From an uncultured Chthoniobacterales bacterium (GTDB lineage Bacteria > Verrucomicrobiota > Verrucomicrobiia > Chthoniobacterales > CALDSX01), in assembly GCA_937924445.1 (NCBI GenBank), contig CALDSX010000001.1, positions 33,802-97,801 on the forward strand: a stretch of DNA of 64,000 nt, in the 5' to 3' direction. The position numbers and the translations under genes were made by a program. Under the pieces are notes generated by a model. That model was not told the origin of the DNA. It did not search any database and was given only the letters and a program-made list of their open reading frames with translations. The stretch's first letter is position 1. Each line of letters starts with the position of its first letter. Of the stretch, positions 48,843-57,798 are shown piece after piece.

Positions 48843-50000
48843 ATGAAGCGGCACCCCTTGGTCTTTTTAGCGTCGCTAATTGTTTTAGTTATCCTGATCT
48901 TCATCGCAGCAAGCATGTGGCTGGATGTGGGCGACTTGTCGCGTCTCTTGAGGAAACAAAAAGAAGGTCAAGCTCCAACTCCCGCAGCCAAACCAGTGCC
49001 AAGGCCGCCACAGGTCGTGGAGATGGATCTGATCTCTGCGGTGCGCGATCCAGACTTGAACATCCGTTTCCTTGGCAATGGGCGTGAGGAGATGCATCTC
49101 CTCGCGCGAAGTTCAAGCATGGATGAAGTTCGAACGGAGATTCCACGCGGAATGTTATTTACAACCGCCGATGGCGCTGTCCAGGTCGTGGCGACACACC
49201 GTATTCCGGTCGTCATTCCTCCACTGAAGTCGGCCACATTCACCACGCGAACATCGGCGATTCGATTAACCAACACGCTCGGGGATAAACAATTCTATCC
49301 GTCAGAGACACGAATTGAACTTTTGGAAAGCTTCCTTCAAAAACTCGATAAATATCCCGATGCAACAGTCGAAACAGTACAAACGGCCGTTCTTATTCTT
49401 TTACACAATCCTCCTCTTCCAGTCTTTGCCCGGTTCAAGCTCCTTGAAACAGAACAAAGAGACGGTCCGTTTTCATCAGACATTTTTCGCGCGGATTTGC
49501 ACGACATCCTTCTGGCCTTGCTCCTGCTCAAAGACGTCGCAGGTGCACCGCAACCGCCGCGTATCGCCACCTCCTCCCAGCTCAAACTTGAGGCTCTGAT
49601 CAATCCTCAAACCCACGACCTTGCCATGCGGTTTTACGACATCGGACCTGACGCGGAGTGGGACTTCTGGCGCTCAGAGCTTATTTCAGGAAATCCGGCC
49701 ACCCGTCATTATGCGCTCTATGGAATTGCGCGCTATTATCCCGATGTGGCATTTCGAATGTTGCCGAAATGGATTTCCGAACCCCGAACTCCGCTCGCCT
49801 ATAGGGCCGCCGCCGCCTACGCTTTGGCTGAGATCGAAAACGATGCGGTGCTAAAAACGCTCTCCGAACTTCAGGCACGCCTTGCCGGGGACAAAGAAAT
49901 TGCTCAGCCGTTGACGCGCGCTATCGAAATCGCACAGCATAAAGCCATGCAGCGCGCGCACTCGAAACGTCCGACATCACACGCCACGCCACAGCAGTGA
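48843..50000 (+). CDS. hypothetical membrane-anchored protein with helical-repeat (HEAT-like) C-terminus
   Basis: N-terminal TM segment (LVFLASLIVLVILIFIAASMW). The C-terminus has ...NPATRHYALYGIARYYPDVAFRMLPKWISEP...AAAAYALAEIENDAVLKTL repeats. The stop overlaps the methyltransferase start (GTGA). Confidence 0.5.
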   Translation: MKRHPLVFLASLIVLVILIFIAASMWLDVGDLSRLLRKQKEGQAPTPAAKPVPRPPQVVEMDLISAVRDPDLNIRFLGNGREEMHLLARSSSMDEVRTEIPRGMLFTTADGAVQVVATHRIPVVIPPLKSATFTTRTSAIRLTNTLGDKQFYPSETRIELLESFLQKLDKYPDATVETVQTAVLILLHNPPLPVFARFKLLETEQRDGPFSSDIFRADLHDILLALLLLKDVAGAPQPPRIATSSQLKLEALINPQTHDLAMRFYDIGPDAEWDFWRSELISGNPATRHYALYGIARYYPDVAFRMLPKWISEPRTPLAYRAAAAYALAEIENDAVLKTLSELQARLAGDKEIAQPLTRAIEIAQHKAMQRAHSKRPTSHATPQQ

Positions 50001-50896
50001 GCTCCGCAGACCATTATCTATTCCCTGCTCAAAGCGGAATGTCTCCGATGCCATATTTCAAAAATTCGCTCGGGCGCCTCTACGTTGGGGATGCATGCAA
50101 GATCCTTTCGCTCCTGCAGAATGAAACGTGCCAGGCCGTGATTGCAGATCCGCCTTATTTCCAGGTGTTGCTTAGAGAACAGTGGGACAATGCTTGGAAC
50201 GCGCCCGAAGAATACATCAAGTGGACGTTGGAATGGGTTCGGCTCTGCAGAAATGTCTTACGCAAAAACGGGCTCTTGTTTATCTTCGGCCAACTCGGCA
50301 AGCGGGAACATCTTTGGCTTCATACCTGCTCTCAACTGACGCGAGAGATGCAGTTCCATGATATGCTCATTTGGGATCGGGTCGTCGGATACAACGAACG
50401 CTCGGATTCTTTCACACCCCAATATGAAATGATCCTCGTCTTAAGGCAGAACTCGGAAATCAAACCCTACTTCGACAAGGATGCTGTCAGACAGCCCTAT
50501 AGCGACGAGACCATTCGCGCTTATATGCGGGACAAAAGATACAAAGACAAGGCCGCACGGATGCAACATCTTTGCAAAGGCAGATACGCCACCAACATCC
50601 TTCGCGTCCCCTCTCTTAAAGGACATTCCAAAGAAAAAGTGGGGCATCCCGCACAAAAACCGGTGGCTTTGCTACGGCAACTGATCGCCGCCTCAACGCG
50701 CCCCGGAGATTATGTCCTCGACCCGTTTTTCGGCAGCGGATCAACCGGTGCCGCTGCGAGCCAGCTTGGAAGGCGATGGATCGGCATCGAGTGCAATCTT
50801 GCCTATGCCGAGATGGCCCGAAAACGGCTCAGCGACAAGCAACGCACCCCGCAGACGCAGACCGTTCAACAGAACCCCGGCTCTTTATGTGTGTAG
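49997..50896 (+). CDS. beta-class N6-adenine/N4-cytosine DNA methyltransferase (N6_N4_Mtase family), no cognate nuclease seen
   Basis: Catalytic DPPY (AVIADPPYFQ) lies N-terminal to the AdoMet motif (VLDPFFGSGSTGAAA), with HPAQKP between them, which is the beta-class order. Confidence 0.85.
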   Translation: MSSADHYLFPAQSGMSPMPYFKNSLGRLYVGDACKILSLLQNETCQAVIADPPYFQVLLREQWDNAWNAPEEYIKWTLEWVRLCRNVLRKNGLLFIFGQLGKREHLWLHTCSQLTREMQFHDMLIWDRVVGYNERSDSFTPQYEMILVLRQNSEIKPYFDKDAVRQPYSDETIRAYMRDKRYKDKAARMQHLCKGRYATNILRVPSLKGHSKEKVGHPAQKPVALLRQLIAASTRPGDYVLDPFFGSGSTGAAASQLGRRWIGIECNLAYAEMARKRLSDKQRTPQTQTVQQNPGSLCV

Positions 50897-50981
50897 AACT
50901 TGTGGTTGTCCGTTACCCTCAAATAACCAGATTTTTGCAGCCGACACTAATCGCCGTTCTCGCCGTTGGTGGTTCTGAGGG

Positions 50982-53270
50982 CTAAAGCCCTTTGAGCGCA
51001 TTTTCCGCTTCGCGTTTGCAAGCGCTCAGATCTAGTTTACCACTACCCAGAAGAGGAATCCGATCAATTTTTTTGATGAGCCGAGGAATCCAAAGATTCG
51101 GGAGGCCGGCCTCGGAAAGTTTTATCCGGAGAGTTTCGCGATCCACTTCAAGCGTCGTTAAGAGGACGAGTGCCTCTCCTTTCGTCTCTTCAGGAACAGA
51201 CACAATCGCAAAGGAACGGGTTTCGTCATTATGATTGCCAAACGCTTTAACGATTGCCGCCTCGACGGTTTCGTGAGGAACCATTTCGCCGGCGATTTTT
51301 GAAAACCGGGAAAGACGGCCTTCAATAAACAAAAAACCATCTTCGTCAAACCGAGCGAGGTCTCCCGTCATAAACCATCCCTCGTTGTCAAGCACCTCTG
51401 CGGTGCGGGCCGGATCATCGAGGTATTCCTCAAAGATGTTGGGTCCTTTGAGAAAGAGCAAACCAGTTTCGTGGAGCGAAAGAGCGCGTCCGGTTTCGGG
51501 ATCTTTAATCCGCGCCGTCATACCAGGGAGAATGCGGCCCACAGAGCCAGGACGGTTTGCTTCCTGCACTGAGTCCTCCGGGCTATGCCGCAGAGGATCC
51601 GGCAGATTCACACTCGCCACCGGAGACGTCTCGGTGAGTCCATATCCCTCATGGATGGTTTTACCGAACTTGTTCTCAAATTCGGTGGCCAGTTCTCTTG
51701 GCAATTTTTCCGCGCCTGTAATCGTAAGTTTCAGCGTTCTTAACTGTTCCGGCTTAGCGCGTTTCAGGTAGCCGCGCAAAAATCCCGGCGTGGCGAGCAG
51801 AAGGGTGACCTTATGTTTTTCGATCAGCTCTGCATTTTTGCTCACATCAAGTGGGTTTGGAAATGTCACGACACGAAGACCTTCTATGATTGGATACCAC
51901 AGACAGACCGTGCAACCGAAGCTGTGGAAAAGGGGTAAAGAAGCAAGCAGAATATCTGAGGAGTCGAGATCTAGCATCTGCCCAAACTGCGCCACATTCC
52001 CCAAGACATTTTTGTGCGAAAGCACAACTCCCTTTGGCTCCCCTGAACTGCCACTGGTAAAGAGCAGCACCGCTTCTTCTCGTCCGCCTCTCTTTTGCAG
52101 GCCGAGCAGACCGCAAAGCAGCGGGGAAGGCATCAGCCGGGCAACGAGAAACCACCGCACGATATCCGTTTTTAACTTCGGTAGGAGTTTGTCAATATGA
52201 ACCACCTCCCCGGGCCATGGAAAATTTGGCAGTTTCGCGACAAAGGCCTTGGCAGTGAGCACGGTTTGAACCCCCCCTCGCCTTATGGAAGATGAGATGG
52301 CCTGCGTGCCGGCCGTAAAATTTAGATTAACCGGAATCTTTCCCGCAAACAGCACAGCGAGGTTTGCAACGAAGGCACCTTTGCCGGGTGGCAGCACAAT
52401 CCCCAGCCGCTTTTCTTTGTGGTTTTTTTTTAGATGCCGCGAAAGCGCAATCGCGGCGGCCAGCAACTTTCCGCGCGTGAGGATGGAGCCGTCCATGCCA
52501 TCAATCAATGCTGTTTTGTCAAAACCTTTCTTTAGTCCATAAACACAGCTCGGCGCCAGGTGACGTTGGAGAATGGGACGTCGTTGAAAACAAAATTCGC
52601 CCAGATCCAGAAGTCGCTCACGCAGGAGCGCTGTCGTGGCCTCCTTTGGCAAAATCGGTTCGCCAAAAGCAACTGTCACCCTGTAAGGAATGCGTTTTGG
52701 CCATTTTGTGAAATAACGCTTTTTTTCAAAAGAAAAAATCGATCCCCACAACTGGTCAAGAAAGACCGGAATAACAGGAACACCGGCCTCGCGTGCAATG
52801 ATCTCAAATCCTCTTTTCAACCGAAGAAGAACGCCCGTTCGGGTCAGTTCACCTTCGGGAAAAATGCAAACCAACTCTCCTCTGCGAGCACCTTCAGCTG
52901 CGCCTTCAATTGCCGAGCGCGCTTTGCGCGGATGAATGGGTATCGCTCCCACCAGTCTAAAAATCGGGTTAAGCCACGGAATTTTGTAGATGCCCTCGAA
53001 AACCAAAAACCTTATCGGACGCGGGCTCGCAAGCTGAAGCACCACAGCATCAACCCAAGTGATATGATTGGGACAAATCAGAGCCCCTCCTGTCTTCGGC
53101 AAATGTTCAAGCCCAAAAGGGCACACACGGTAAATCAAACCTGCAATTAACTTTCCAGATCGATAAAAGAGACCTGACGCCAGCCGGGGCGGCCTTTGCG
53201 AAACGTGCTCGGCACGAGCAGCTGCATCTTGTTCGTCCCCCACGCCAGGAGGGAAATTCTCGGAGCGCAT
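50982..53270 (-). CDS. aas: bifunctional acyltransferase / acyl-[ACP] synthetase (Aas-like)
   Basis: N-terminal PlsC-type domain with HX4D (NHITWVD) and FPEGELTR. C-terminal AMP-binding domain (LLFTSGSSGEPKGVVLSH; EGYGLTETSP). Confidence 0.8.
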   Translation of the reverse strand: MRSENFPPGVGDEQDAAARAEHVSQRPPRLASGLFYRSGKLIAGLIYRVCPFGLEHLPKTGGALICPNHITWVDAVVLQLASPRPIRFLVFEGIYKIPWLNPIFRLVGAIPIHPRKARSAIEGAAEGARRGELVCIFPEGELTRTGVLLRLKRGFEIIAREAGVPVIPVFLDQLWGSIFSFEKKRYFTKWPKRIPYRVTVAFGEPILPKEATTALLRERLLDLGEFCFQRRPILQRHLAPSCVYGLKKGFDKTALIDGMDGSILTRGKLLAAAIALSRHLKKNHKEKRLGIVLPPGKGAFVANLAVLFAGKIPVNLNFTAGTQAISSSIRRGGVQTVLTAKAFVAKLPNFPWPGEVVHIDKLLPKLKTDIVRWFLVARLMPSPLLCGLLGLQKRGGREEAVLLFTSGSSGEPKGVVLSHKNVLGNVAQFGQMLDLDSSDILLASLPLFHSFGCTVCLWYPIIEGLRVVTFPNPLDVSKNAELIEKHKVTLLLATPGFLRGYLKRAKPEQLRTLKLTITGAEKLPRELATEFENKFGKTIHEGYGLTETSPVASVNLPDPLRHSPEDSVQEANRPGSVGRILPGMTARIKDPETGRALSLHETGLLFLKGPNIFEEYLDDPARTAEVLDNEGWFMTGDLARFDEDGFLFIEGRLSRFSKIAGEMVPHETVEAAIVKAFGNHNDETRSFAIVSVPEETKGEALVLLTTLEVDRETLRIKLSEAGLPNLWIPRLIKKIDRIPLLGSGKLDLSACKREAENALKGL

Positions 53271-53428
53271 TTTTATTTATAAGCCGATTCACTTCCCAAA
53301 TCAACCCGCCGAAAAAAATAAGTCGTGAAAAACTCTGCGAAAGCAGATCGAGGTAATCCTACAATCTCTTCTATTTGCGCCGACGACTGGTATGCGCTAT
53401 TCTCGGAAAATAGCGACTATCATAGTTT

Positions 53429-53516
53429 GGATGGGTGACAGAGCGGTCGATTGTGCACGCCTGGAGAGCGTGTGTACCGAGAGGTACCGGGGGTTCGAAT
53501 CCCCCCCCATCCGCCA
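53429..53516 (+). tRNA. tRNA-Ser (anticodon GGA), CCA encoded
   Basis: By hand folding: acceptor GGATGGG/CCCATCC, D-arm ACAG..TTGT with a GG loop, anticodon stem CACGC/GCGTG with loop CTGGAGA, long variable arm TGTACCGAGAGGTACC, T-arm GGGGG-TTCGAAT-CCCCC, discriminator G, then CCA. 88 nt. Confidence 0.9.
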
Positions 53517-53867
53517 TTTGTCTCATTGCCAATAGGCTGACTGCTTCCCCTTCCCCCTGTGTGAGGTGATGCAAAACCAAAACCGCTTGCTGCGAAGAAG
53601 ATTTTCGCCCCAAGTGCATCGCTGCCGATAGCCTAAAAATCGGCACGGCAGCTTTGTGCTTCATCGTGCGAGGATGCAATCTCGTCCATACACAAAAACA
53701 TAACGCAAAGCCACTGGGTTACGCTAAGTCTGCAAGCACAACTGAGAAAGGGTTCGAAGGGAATGATAATAAGCAGCCAAAGGAATCATGTGCTGTTTTT
53801 ATTTGACGGGCTTTTTTGCATTGTTTTGACACATTCAACAGAGCAAATCTCATTCCTGTAAAAGTTA

Positions 53868-56369
53868 ATGGGTTTAAAAATTAACCTCTCCAACTTTTAT
53901 CTTTTTCTCTACTTCTGTTCCGGGTTTTCATTACTTGGGTTAGAGACGGTCTGGATTCGGGAGACGTCTAGCCGCCTTGGAGGGGTGACATCAGCCACTG
54001 CGTTTATACTTACTGTTCTGTTCCTTTGCAGCGGAATCGGTGCTTGGGTTTGTGGTATGTTGACGCGCCGGACAACGCGCCCTTTGTGGCTCTACGGAAC
54101 TGCCGAAATATTTACTGGTTTTTCGGCATGCTCTCTTTTCTTCTTCAAAGAAAGCTGGAGTGGTTCTGACCACGCGTATCCCTTTTTCCTGGCTGCGCTA
54201 CCGGCCTTAGCGGCAGGAATGAGTCTCCCTGCTCTCGCTGCCGCTTTGGTCGAGACTCATCGAGAACGCGTCATGGTGGGGGGAAAATTCTATGCTACAA
54301 ATCTCGGAGGAGCCGCCGCTGGTGTGATTTTTGGTTCCGTGATATTGCCCTATTTTTGGGGATACAGGACAACTCTCGTTCTCCTGTGTGCACTGCTGAT
54401 TTTTGAAGGGTGTGCGGCAATGCTGATTGTTAGAAAACAAAAAAATACCATTTCAGTGAGCGCAGTGAGCGAGCGATGGATTCATGAAAGCGCAACAAAT
54501 ACCTCCCAGCCTCTTATTGTTTTGATTGCTATTCTCTCTGGTGTGCTGAGCATCAACGCCATGGTGCTGTTTGTCGCTTATTTCCAACTTATTGCTGCAA
54601 ACTCCATCTATGCTTTTGCAGTGGTATTTTGCACTTTTTTAACAGGTCTCGGTATCGGCGCTTTTCTCGCCACAGTTTTGAGGCGTTGGATTTACGGAGC
54701 ATGGAGCGCTCTTCTAACGGCTCTGCTTTTGGCCTGTGTGGCGCTCATGTGGTCACCTTTTGTTCTACAACTGACATTGGAAAACGCTGGCCTGCTTAAA
54801 TCTCAATCACCCCTGTATTACTACGCGAGGCTCTGGCTCGCTGCCATTCTCAATATCATTCCTCCAGCAGCACTGGTCGGTGCGGTCTATCCGCTCGTTT
54901 GGGAGATGTTGTTTCCAAAACTCTCACACGGTGCGGCGTTAGGTTTGATCGTTCTCCTTAATAAAGTTGGGTGCGCCGTGGGTGCCATTGCTGCGGCGTT
55001 CTTTTCTCTTCGTACTTTCGGCTTGCCAGGTAGTTTCTCGATTGCAGCGTCGGGTTACGGTTTGGCCGCTTTGGCAGTAGCATTTTTCGCCATTAAAAAA
55101 AAGCCTGCAATTGCTCTTTCAGTTGCTGCAGCATTATTGCCCTTGTTCTCCTTTGCTATTCATAAACCTCCCGTTGTGCTGAGGTCAGGGGAGCAACTAT
55201 TGGCTCTCTATTCGGATCAAGCTGGCCTGGTGAGTGTGACTGAAAGTCGCGGATCACGTCAAATACAAGTCAATCGGAATTATACCCTTAACGGAACAGA
55301 TCGTGCGTTGCCGACACAACGAAACGAAGGTTGGCTCCCCTGCGCGCTGCATAAAGAACCAAAGCAGGTAATGTTTATAGGTATGGCCTCTGGTATTTCG
55401 GCCGCGGCCATGTTGGATTTCCCTCTCGAGGAGTTAACCGCCGTTGAACTGCTTGGAGATGTGGTCACGGCTGCCGAAGAGTGGTTCGGTCCTTGGAACA
55501 ATTCTCTATTTTCTGACCCTCGCGTAAAGATTGTTAAAGGAGACGGCCGTCGAATGGTGAGGAACTCACAAAAGAGGTGGGATCTCATCGTGTGCGACCT
55601 TTTTAATCCGGTTCAAGAGAAAGACGGTCTTATGTATACGCTTGAGTTTTTTACAGCCTCCCGACGTGCGCTCGCCAAAGAAGGGATTTTTTGTTTGTGG
55701 ATTCCTTTTTATCAACACTCCGAAAAAACTATAGAAATAATTGCCCGCACTTTTTGTGAGGTTTTTCCGTCGGCCATCGCGCTGAGAGCAAATTTTGATC
55801 CGCTTCAGCCTGTCATAGGTTTTTTTGGTTCGAACGAACAATTCGATTTGTCCGATACTTTTCTTCATTCACGATTTACATCACCTGAGATAACGCGATT
55901 ACGGACGAAGTCATTTTTTCTAAAAAGTGCGTCACATTTTCGGCTCGCCTTTTTTGGAGACCTTTCCGCCGTAAGCCAGGGATTTCAGTCGGCTTTGCTA
56001 TCCAGCGACGACCATCCTCACATTTCATTTCTTGGCCCCTTTGTGACCCCACAAAACGGTGTTTTGCGGGGCATCCCTCTTCTGCGCTGGGGAGGAACTC
56101 GCTTTTTGAACGCGCAAATGCCTTCAATTAAATTAGGAGTTACCCCTCCGCAAGAGATTGAATCGGCGCTACGAGCAGGCAATTATCTTTATGCGGCGTC
56201 TGTTTTACATTTTCCGCTGCCAGGAGCAGCAATAGAAGACCAAGTAAAAAGACACCAACAGGCCGAGGAACACCTCGAAACGGCTCGTAAACTCTGGCCT
56301 TACGTAGAAACGTCTTTCGAGGAGCTGGAGGGATTGAGTTTTTCCACTAGCTCGGCCATAGTGCTTTGA
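53868..56369 (+). CDS. fused polytopic-membrane / spermidine-synthase-like (aminopropyltransferase fold) protein
   Basis: The N-terminal half (roughly 430 aa by my estimate) consists of successive hydrophobic helices. The C-terminal part has VMFIGMASGISAAAML...ELTAVELLGDVV...VKGDGRRMV...WDLIVCDLFNP, the class-I MTase/spermidine synthase pattern. Confidence 0.75.
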   Translation: MGLKINLSNFYLFLYFCSGFSLLGLETVWIRETSSRLGGVTSATAFILTVLFLCSGIGAWVCGMLTRRTTRPLWLYGTAEIFTGFSACSLFFFKESWSGSDHAYPFFLAALPALAAGMSLPALAAALVETHRERVMVGGKFYATNLGGAAAGVIFGSVILPYFWGYRTTLVLLCALLIFEGCAAMLIVRKQKNTISVSAVSERWIHESATNTSQPLIVLIAILSGVLSINAMVLFVAYFQLIAANSIYAFAVVFCTFLTGLGIGAFLATVLRRWIYGAWSALLTALLLACVALMWSPFVLQLTLENAGLLKSQSPLYYYARLWLAAILNIIPPAALVGAVYPLVWEMLFPKLSHGAALGLIVLLNKVGCAVGAIAAAFFSLRTFGLPGSFSIAASGYGLAALAVAFFAIKKKPAIALSVAAALLPLFSFAIHKPPVVLRSGEQLLALYSDQAGLVSVTESRGSRQIQVNRNYTLNGTDRALPTQRNEGWLPCALHKEPKQVMFIGMASGISAAAMLDFPLEELTAVELLGDVVTAAEEWFGPWNNSLFSDPRVKIVKGDGRRMVRNSQKRWDLIVCDLFNPVQEKDGLMYTLEFFTASRRALAKEGIFCLWIPFYQHSEKTIEIIARTFCEVFPSAIALRANFDPLQPVIGFFGSNEQFDLSDTFLHSRFTSPEITRLRTKSFFLKSASHFRLAFFGDLSAVSQGFQSALLSSDDHPHISFLGPFVTPQNGVLRGIPLLRWGGTRFLNAQMPSIKLGVTPPQEIESALRAGNYLYAASVLHFPLPGAAIEDQVKRHQQAEEHLETARKLWPYVETSFEELEGLSFSTSSAIVL

Positions 56370-56823
56370 CTCTGTCGCAGCTTTAAAATAGGGAAAACAT
56401 TCCATCACTCTTCAATCTCTGACGAGAAGAGAAGTGTCGGAGATGGTTTGGTTGCGTGCGCTGAACGCCGAACATTTGCAAACTGACAAACAAACTGCGC
56501 TTGTTTTCCCACCTGTGCTTCTTTCAAAGCGAACGCGATGTTCAGAAATGGTTGCGCTTTTCTCCGCAGTTGAAGGGGTGGGGTGACGGATCAATCTGAG
56601 AGGAAAGTATGCCGCATTCACCAGCGAGCGTTAGTCACTTCGGCAAAGCTCGTTCTCTCGTTCTCCGATAAATCCTTGGTCGCCCGGCGCTACGCTCCCA
56701 GTTCTCTCCTCTCAAGCGCGAAAAGCGGGATTAAAGGCAATCGGTGTGCGAGGAGCACCAAAAGGAGATTCGATGAAGCAAGCCAAAACCTTATCTAAAA
56801 GCAAATGTCCAAGGGAAAAATTT

Positions 56824-57648
56824 TCACGGTCGAAAGGTGGCGATCGCACGGGTGCCACTCTTTGACACCTCGAAAACCTCAAGGCTGACCGGTTCGAATG
56901 CACCTCGAAATTCTCGCCAGAGCATTTCTTCGTGCTCAGAAGCTTCGCCGGATGGGAAAACAAAAATCTTGTTCCTCGACGGAATCACCACCTCCAACAC
57001 CGGTCCGATGGTGTCACGAAATAGCGCCAAAAATCCTGGGGCCAACAAGACGGATGCAATGAAAGAGCTTTGCCCCTCGATGACACCGTAACGGATCACG
57101 CCGTCCCGGTCTCGCTCGAATCTTGGGGGATGTTTTTCGAGCAGCTTTGTCGTCAGCGCGACGGTGGCGGGCAGAAGTTGTTCCAGCGTGCCGCCAAAAC
57201 GCTCAAAATCCTCTGCAGCCAGCCATTTTGTCTCACCCGAAGGCTCAACTACAGAAACAGATAGAACCGTGTCTCTCGCGTTGGCAAATGGCTCGCTTAT
57301 TGGAGGTCTCATGAAACGGGCGTCCAACGTCAAAGCCACCGCACGTTGCCATACCCCGCGTTCATCCTTTGCAACCATTGAAACAGACTGTTGCATCTCA
57401 ATCTCTGCAACATCATCCGGAATAATCTTCTCCTCTGGCAAACTGTTTTTGCTTCTGTAGCTCGGCATTTTCTCAATGCCTATCTCCTTGAGTGCAGGGG
57501 GCGCTGGAGAAGTTTCCTCCGCTGAGCAAAACCATGAAAGAACCATCATCATGGTAAGAAAGCCTCTGCTCAAAAGGTAAACATTCGTTTTTGCAGAGCA
57601 AGATCGTGCCGGAGCTTTATGCATGGTGAGAATCGAGACACACACCAC
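56824..57648 (-). CDS. hypothetical (probably secreted) protein
   Basis: 274-aa ORF with a GTG start. An internal MMMVLSWFCSAEE looks like the real signal-peptide start. I recognise no family. It is divergent from the ATPase cassette. Confidence 0.5.
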   Translation of the reverse strand: MVCVSILTMHKAPARSCSAKTNVYLLSRGFLTMMMVLSWFCSAEETSPAPPALKEIGIEKMPSYRSKNSLPEEKIIPDDVAEIEMQQSVSMVAKDERGVWQRAVALTLDARFMRPPISEPFANARDTVLSVSVVEPSGETKWLAAEDFERFGGTLEQLLPATVALTTKLLEKHPPRFERDRDGVIRYGVIEGQSSFIASVLLAPGFLALFRDTIGPVLEVVIPSRNKIFVFPSGEASEHEEMLWREFRGAFEPVSLEVFEVSKSGTRAIATFRP

Positions 57649-57798
57649 TTCTCTTTCAAGAGAAATTGCTGAGACACTGATGAGTCAGTAGAGGGTCCTG
57701 GTTTTCTAAAGGTGTTCCTGCGAATGCATAACCGATGGTGGCAAAAATTCCCTCAAGCCTTGACGGGAGGCCCGAGCCGTTCGACATCATGAATTAAA

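Noticed and set aside
53517-53867. Possible genomic-island attachment site downstream of tRNA-Ser
   Set aside because: I found no integrase gene and no direct repeat of the tRNA 3' end (GGTTCGAATCCCCCCCCATCCGCCA) anywhere downstream in the window. Only a weak island hypothesis is kept as a finding.
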